Of a stretch of 64,000 nt of DNA, positions 58,443-64,000 are shown one piece after another. A program made the position numbers and the translations under genes. The first letter of the stretch is position 1. Every line of letters begins with the position of its first letter. Under the pieces are notes generated by a model that was not told where the DNA came from, ran no database searches, and worked only from the letters and a program-made list of their open reading frames with translations. The stretch is taken from the NCBI GenBank assembly GCA_963817525.1, contig CAWFOU010000001.1:1101902-1165901 (forward strand), in the 5' to 3' direction. This DNA is from an uncultured archaeon. GTDB taxonomy: Archaea > Thermoproteota > Nitrososphaeria > Nitrososphaerales > Gagatemarchaeaceae.

Positions 58443-58768
58443 ATACCATTAGGCTACCTTGCAATATAAGCTTAGACTGCAGCTGCTTTGCGGTTCTGTT
58501 TGGTTGTACAAGATTGATAGCTTCCTGGTGCCCGGCTTCCATACGGCTCAGAGCATGATTGCTGCCTTGCACTTGGTAGATATCCCAGAATCCCTGGGAA
58601 CGCGAAACGCCGGACGATAGCGCTGGTGAGAGTCTCGAGTCTCGCGCAAGGGCTTGTCACGATATCGTTGAGACGTAGGGCAGAGGCGGGGGCTGCGCCG
58701 GGAACCATAATGGCGCATAAGCAAACGTCAAAGCTTAACTAGAACGTCGGCCCCCAAGCATCCAGAAA

Positions 58769-59008
58769 ATGGCTGTCGTTGCCGAGTTCAGGAAACGGGT
58801 TGGCGACATCAAGCCGCTCCTCGTGAGGATCGATGGGGTCGTGGGGGTCGCGCTCGGAGGGACCTCCGAAAACCCGCGAATCATCGTGATGGTCTCGAGG
58901 GACGATGACAAGGTGAGGGCAGGGATTGCCCATGTTGCGGGAGACCTTCCGCGCGAGATTGTCACCACGGGGGAGTTTAAAGCCCGTCAGACGATGACAC
59001 GTCGTTGA
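58769..59008 (+). CDS. Small protein resembling a protease pro-region
   Basis: LVRIDGVVGVALG...IIVMV...IVTTGEF; 4-nt overlap with the protease gene. Confidence 0.6.
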   Translation: MAVVAEFRKRVGDIKPLLVRIDGVVGVALGGTSENPRIIVMVSRDDDKVRAGIAHVAGDLPREIVTTGEFKARQTMTRR

Positions 59009-59946
59009 CGATATTTGAAGCAAAGCAGCAAGCCGTTTCCTATCTCTTCGGATCGGGTGGCTCGCGAGCCTTCGCCTATGAGACCCTGAATTCGTCCGCC
59101 ACTGGCGCTGTCAACGGGGTCGGGATCGAGTCAACCGACAAACTCGCCGTCTTCTTTCGCAGGCGGATTCCCGACCAAAAGGCCATCCTGCAACAGGTGG
59201 CTGACAACACCGGTTACGATACTCGCGCCGTCGTGACAGGAGAATTCAGCGCAGTGCCCCCGCTAGCGTCGGGATTACAGAACAGGCAAGGGTACGTCCA
59301 AAGACCTGTGCCGTGCGGGGTCAGCATCGGTCACTACCAGGTTACGGCAGGCACCCTAGGATGTATGGTGAGACACTCGAACGGGCGCAACTATATTCTA
59401 AGCAACAACCACGTCCTGGCGAATTCGAACTCTGCCAGTCAGGGCGACCCCATCTATCAGCCGGGGCCCTACGACGGAGGAAGTTCAGGTTCGACGATTG
59501 CCAATCTGTCTTCCTGGGTAGACCTTGTCGGAGGCACCAACCTGATCGACGCCGCTCTGGCGGAACCGCACGACAGTTATGTCGATCCTGAGATACTCGA
59601 CATCGGCCGGCTGAGCGGCATAAGCGATCCTGTATTGGATGGCCCTGTGAGAAAGAGCGGGAGAACCACAGGGTTGACCGCGGGGATTCTGCGGTTCACT
59701 GGAGCGTACCTTCAGGTAAACTACGGGAATCTCGGTAGCCTCCGCTTTGACGACCAAATAGTGATTGAATCCGCCGACGCCTCTGCGCCTTTCAGTTCCG
59801 GTGGCGATTCGGGAAGCATTGTAGTCGACGAGGCGAGCAACGCGACCGGGCTGCTCTTTGCAGGGAGCGATACCTTCTCTCTAGCGAACCCAATCCGGAC
59901 GGTCTTTGAACGCCTGAATCTGACGCACGTGCTTGTCCCTGCCTAG
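59005..59946 (+). CDS. Trypsin-like serine protease without signal peptide
   Basis: AGTLG, LSNNHVL (His), IDAAL (Asp), KSGRTTG and GDSGS (Ser). Confidence 0.88.
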   Translation: MTIFEAKQQAVSYLFGSGGSRAFAYETLNSSATGAVNGVGIESTDKLAVFFRRRIPDQKAILQQVADNTGYDTRAVVTGEFSAVPPLASGLQNRQGYVQRPVPCGVSIGHYQVTAGTLGCMVRHSNGRNYILSNNHVLANSNSASQGDPIYQPGPYDGGSSGSTIANLSSWVDLVGGTNLIDAALAEPHDSYVDPEILDIGRLSGISDPVLDGPVRKSGRTTGLTAGILRFTGAYLQVNYGNLGSLRFDDQIVIESADASAPFSSGGDSGSIVVDEASNATGLLFAGSDTFSLANPIRTVFERLNLTHVLVPA

Positions 59947-60099
59947 GGCGGACTGGAAACCGGTCCGTGAAGCGAGAGGCCGACACGAAACGAGTCCGCA
60001 AAGTCCCAAGTGAGGATTTGCTCGCGAGCGTCAGTTGCGTCAAGAGAAATCTAGAGTATCAAGTTAACCTTCCAGCCCCTAGTCAGTGTTGACAATTGC

Positions 60100-61533
60100 T
60101 TAACGCTTGTTTCGGGACGCTCTGTCAGCGCGGGCCTTCTCTGCTACCTCGTGCCTCGCCGTCAGCGTCATCCCAGCCCTATCTCCGAGTCCTGTCAGCG
60201 GGGGGAAAGCGCAGCCTAGTTCGCACGTCTTCGATGTGCTATTTAGAACTCCCGGCACCATACTGTACATCTGGGCACCTATGTTTGAAATCCCATGAGG
60301 CGCCACGACGATCGAGAGGATCTGCAAGAGTTCCATCGAAGCCACGCTAAGGTTGAAAGAGAAGACATTCTCGTTGTGGCGGAAAGGCTCGTCTTCTGGC
60401 AAGCCCGAGATATACTCGGGGTCGTCAAGGAGCCCATCTCGTTCGGCCGACACTAAGCCCGGGTCGTATTGCTCCAGACAGACCATGCACCTCCGCGCAG
60501 GACCTACAACGTGGGCGCCCCAGTAGGCCCTCTTCAAGGTGCCTTTCGGACTGACAATGACTCTGACACCACCGTCGACCACGGGAATCAGGTGGGCGTA
60601 CGCGATGAAATTCAATGCACTTCTCGGCCAAGGTCTGTCAACACAGCTGAACAGAATATCACAGTCCAAGGCAAGCTTGAACCCCTCAGGCTCGACTACG
60701 CTCCATTCCGATGCTATTACATCAAAACCATCCGCTGTGGCACTCTTCCTAAGCGCCCCAGATACAACCCGGACCTTGGGGCGGCTTCTGTCGGCATCTT
60801 GCTTGGTGGCGTGCAGCTGCCGGTCCAAGTTCACGGACTCAACAGAGTCGAAATCAATGAGAGTAATTTCCTTCAGACCCATTCGCGCCAGAGCCTCCGC
60901 GACGATTCCTCCGACCCCACCCAGACCGATTATGCCTAAACGAAGCCTTGCCAGCTTGGCCTGCGCGACCTCGCCCCACGCTGAAACGGTCCGAGTCAAC
61001 TCAGGCTTGGATCTCGGAGCAGGCAGGAGCTCAGGGTTGAATGACACGTTCAACGAAGATCCAATCACTCGGACTTTTTCACAGGGAACGGACTCGTACC
61101 TGCGCTTTCCAGTCCTAACCCAGGCACGCGAACTCCACATTTCGTCCCCGCTCAAGGTCATGCCGAGCAACGGGAGCCCGGTTCCGCCTTGGGTGGTGTG
61201 AGCGAATGTGTTCTCCGAATTGGCGTCGTCCTCGCTGGACGCCTGCCAGCCGGATCCTGATGGGTGACTGTGCATAATTGCGATGCCCATCTTCCTCTTC
61301 AGGGCCATGCCCAATACGCGGACGAAGTAGTGAGTTGCAACATGGACATTGCCGCGAACGATTCTCTCTCCCTCCTCGGGGAGGACGATCTCAGTGACAA
61401 GACCAGTGAATCTTCGGCTCCCCTGGCTTGGCATGTAGAGACCAAAGCACGCGTCCTCTTGTCCGTCGCCCCTGAGCAGATGAGAGACCGCTCTCTCGTT
61501 CGTTCCAATTGCCATCGCAACGCTGTAGTTCAT
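60100..61533 (-). CDS. JAB/MPN peptidase fused to an E1/ThiF activating enzyme
   Basis: QEDACF plus MHSHP..S..D (JAB); GLGGVG, DFDSVESVNLDR, CVD and CMVC (E1); ATG overlaps the E2 stop. Confidence 0.88.
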   Translation of the reverse strand: MNYSVAMAIGTNERAVSHLLRGDGQEDACFGLYMPSQGSRRFTGLVTEIVLPEEGERIVRGNVHVATHYFVRVLGMALKRKMGIAIMHSHPSGSGWQASSEDDANSENTFAHTTQGGTGLPLLGMTLSGDEMWSSRAWVRTGKRRYESVPCEKVRVIGSSLNVSFNPELLPAPRSKPELTRTVSAWGEVAQAKLARLRLGIIGLGGVGGIVAEALARMGLKEITLIDFDSVESVNLDRQLHATKQDADRSRPKVRVVSGALRKSATADGFDVIASEWSVVEPEGFKLALDCDILFSCVDRPWPRSALNFIAYAHLIPVVDGGVRVIVSPKGTLKRAYWGAHVVGPARRCMVCLEQYDPGLVSAERDGLLDDPEYISGLPEDEPFRHNENVFSFNLSVASMELLQILSIVVAPHGISNIGAQMYSMVPGVLNSTSKTCELGCAFPPLTGLGDRAGMTLTARHEVAEKARADRASRNKR

Positions 61534-61901
61534 ACGTCCGCGAACAACCTCCGGATGTATCCCAGGTAAGCCCTGACTGTCCTGTCGGTCGAGTTCCATC
61601 CCGGGAACGGGCGGCTCCAGTACTCCCAAGAAGGGCCCAGCTGGTCGCTCGGGTGGACTGCGCCATGAGGATGCGGGAGGTCGTTCGAAGTGTGCATTGG
61701 AAGCAGTCGGGGGCTGACGTGCGGCCCTCCAGGCGGGTTTAGGGGGAAGTCTTCTCCGACTGCAAACGCCAACTTGATTTTCTCACCTCTCTTGCTCCCG
61801 ATGGGTATTTCGTAGTCAAACACCACGAACCCTTGGGGCGTGACCGAGTCCAACCGATATCCAAGGTTCTTCAATTGCTCAATGAAGTCAGCCCTTGACA
61901 T
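61530..61901 (-). CDS. Prokaryotic E2-like protein lacking cysteine
   Basis: DFPLNPPGGPHVSP and WEYWSR motifs; lies between the Ubl and E1 genes. Confidence 0.75.
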   Translation of the reverse strand: MSRADFIEQLKNLGYRLDSVTPQGFVVFDYEIPIGSKRGEKIKLAFAVGEDFPLNPPGGPHVSPRLLPMHTSNDLPHPHGAVHPSDQLGPSWEYWSRPFPGWNSTDRTVRAYLGYIRRLFADV

Positions 61902-61949
61902 CGTGCCGTCACTGTCTCAATGATTCAAGAATCCGCACGTAGTCCGGGT

Positions 61950-62189
61950 TCAGCAAGAGAGCGGCACAGTTCCCTGTAGCGTTACGGAAACGAATGTCAT
62001 GTTCTCGTGCATGTGGATTTCCTTGGTCGGATCGTCCTTGTATGATACCTGATTGTCGCCCACGATTTCCACCAAGTAGTTCTTTGTTGGGTCGATTTTC
62101 GCGCTTTGGAGAATCTGGATGGCAGTTAGGTCATGACTATCCGTGGATAAATGCTCTCCGTCAACGGTGTAGTCGAACTCGGCAGGCAT
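61950..62189 (-). CDS. Ubiquitin-like (multi-ubiquitin-type beta-grasp) protein
   Basis: YTVDG...LTAIQIL..A.IDP..NYL...I.M...M.F pattern; 79 aa; operon context. Confidence 0.75.
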   Translation of the reverse strand: MPAEFDYTVDGEHLSTDSHDLTAIQILQSAKIDPTKNYLVEIVGDNQVSYKDDPTKEIHMHENMTFVSVTLQGTVPLSC

Positions 62190-62763
62190 GAGATTGCGCT
62201 AATGGTGCAAGGCCCACATTGATTTATCTTTCGGCGTGACATCCTCCGCAGAGGCTTCGCGACGGATTGGCCGTATCATGCCATTGGCAAAGAAGGCTAC
62301 AGACAAACAATTACGAAAGGATTGAGGTACGCGGAAACCACAGAATCCGAGTCTAGCCCGCCGGTTCGGCGTCGCAGCCGCTGCGCAGGTAGAGATGCGG
62401 AAATCGGGCAAAAAATACACAAGGAGAGGGCATCTACAGAAACCGGTCCAAAAAAAGGAGAGGGGTGGATATGAATAATATCCGCATTCATGTGAGGGCT
62501 CCAGGATGGCTCTTCGCCTTCCTGCTGATGCGGAGGGGTGGGCACGGCTCGTTATTAGCCTAGCGACTCGACCGGGGTAGCAGCTCGCCACGCTCCGCTT
62601 TTACCGCATGCATTCGATAAGCGCTCCACCTATGGTGGGCGTATTCTGACGATTCAACGGAAGCGGAGCATGCCACACTCAACGGGCAAAGCTCTCGGAG
62701 CTTGCGCTCCGCGCTCAGCGGATATAGAGTGGTCAGGCGTGCTGCCCTGTCCCGACTGTCGCG

Positions 62764-63910
62764 CTAGGCTACGCCGCCACCTCCTCTCTCGAGGCCTTCG
62801 AGCTTCTTGTTCGTGAGCGCTTCGTTCTCCCACCTCCAGTGCTCCCTCGTCTTCAGGACGTGGTAGGTCATCCGGAGCAGCTTCTTCATCGCGAGGACGT
62901 GGGCTCGCTTGCCGCTCTTTGTCCTCTCCTTCTGGTGGACGTAGTACCGGTGGAGGTGGGGGTTCCAGTGCATGACCGTGTCGGTCATGATCCCGAGGGT
63001 CCACCTGGCTATCGACGGGCCGTCCTTGGACATCCTGCCTCTCCTCTTCACGTTCGCGCTGTCGCGCGTCTCCGGTATGATCCCGAAGAAGCTCGCCAGG
63101 TGGTCGACCGTCGGGAAGCGGTTGACATCCCTGACGTACGAGGAGAAGAGCGCAGCGAGATAGTAGTCCACCCCGGGGATCGTCATGAGGAGCTTCACGT
63201 CCTCGTTGTCCTTTACGAGCGCCTTGGTCCTCTCCTCGAGCGGAGCGCATCTCTCCTCGTAGAACGCGATCTTCTCCATCATCGTCTTCAGGACGAGGTC
63301 CCTGTCGTCGCCGAACCTGATCGACCTGATCGCCTCCCTCCTCGCGGCGCTGAAGTTGTTGTTCGCCTTCGGGAGCGTCGCGTAGACGTCCTCTCTCTTG
63401 AGGTAGCTGATCGCCGAGCTCTTCGTCCTCGCGATCTCCACGCCGAGCTTCACCCGCTGAATCAGGAGGTCCCCTCAGGATCTGTTCCTCCCTCGTGAGG
63501 AGGTGCGACTCTGGCAGCATGTCCATGAAGAGTAGCCTCGCGATCTTCTCGGAGTCTGCCCTGTCGTTCTTCTTCTTGGACCTCACGATGAGCGCGAGCT
63601 CCTTCGGGTGGGCGACCGTGATGTTCTGATATCCCATCGCCCGCAGCCTCCTGTTGACGGGATAGGCCATCGTGCTCGCCTCGTACCCGATCCTCGCGTC
63701 CTTCGGTATCCTGCTGGAGAAGAGGGCGTAGCCCGCGTCGTCCATGGAGAAGTTGAACCTCTCCGATATCTCGCCCAGGACGGAGTACATCGTCGCGACG
63801 CTGAACTCTTCGCCCAGGTCCAGTCCTACGGCAGGTGTCCTCGGAACGCTCAGTTGGCTCATTGCCCTTCGAGCTGTCCTCGTGTCGTTTTTCTCTTTCT
63901 TCGTTGTCAT
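62764..63910 (-). pseudogene. IS110-family transposase with a 1-nt frameshift
   Basis: VGLDLG, EAS and KNDRADS (DEDD RuvC) in one frame; LMTIPGV, LASFFGIIP..RDSA and SKDG in another; extra base in the C run at 63471-63474. Confidence 0.88.
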
Positions 63911-63931
63911 TCTCTTCACCCTGACGCAGTA

Positions 63932-63957
63932 GCGACTCCCGTCCTGACGGGAGTCGC
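63932..63957. repeat. Perfect 12-bp inverted repeat upstream of the IS110 transposase
   Basis: GCGACTCCCGTC-CT-GACGGGAGTCGC. Confidence 0.8.
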
Positions 63958-64000
63958 GGGCGAAGAGCCATCCGGAGGAGAGCCCTCACAATTCAGTCAA

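Larger units (their letters stand above)
48592..64000. mobile_element. Integrated genomic/defence island (right boundary probably outside window)
   Basis: Four att-like repeats, integrase, TA pairs, lower-GC cargo and an IS110. Confidence 0.75.

Noticed and set aside
63465-63480. Programmed frameshift or intron in the IS110 gene
   Set aside because: It is a single extra base in a 4-nt homopolymer with no slippery heptamer or BHB; mutation or sequencing error is more likely

Overview
High-GC archaeal chromosome segment. Gene content (LysW-type Arg/Lys pathway with two LysW carriers, GINS-MCM-Hel308, RtcB/archease, PEF-type sorting signal, FtsZ) suggests, by inference, a non-ammonia-oxidising Nitrososphaerota/Thaumarchaeota relative. 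The first ~48.5 kb is mostly housekeeping: intein-bearing rtcB plus archease, lys/arg cluster with carAB, hisS, rfcS, GINS, MCM with two inteins, Hel308, trxB and ftsZ. From ~48.6 kb to the end is an accessory island with four tRNA-3'-end-like att copies separating two VapBC pairs, a tyrosine integrase, a lower-GC defence-like block and a frameshifted IS110. Main highlights: (1) carB is interrupted by a 20-nt insertion that folds into a bulge-helix-bulge motif, and canonical cleavage exactly restores GEAGEFDYSG, making it a candidate archaeal mRNA intron outside cbf5. (2) A four-gene operon encodes an ImmA/IrrE-Macro fusion, an NMP-kinase fused to a PurZ0-like synthetase (GSEGKG), a DarT-like ADP-ribosyltransferase and a TM-HEPN protein. 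(3) A Ubl / Cys-less E2 / JAB-E1 ubiquitination-like operon. (4) Several genes appear to need CTG or ACG start codons. All calls come from motif recognition by eye; no searches were run.
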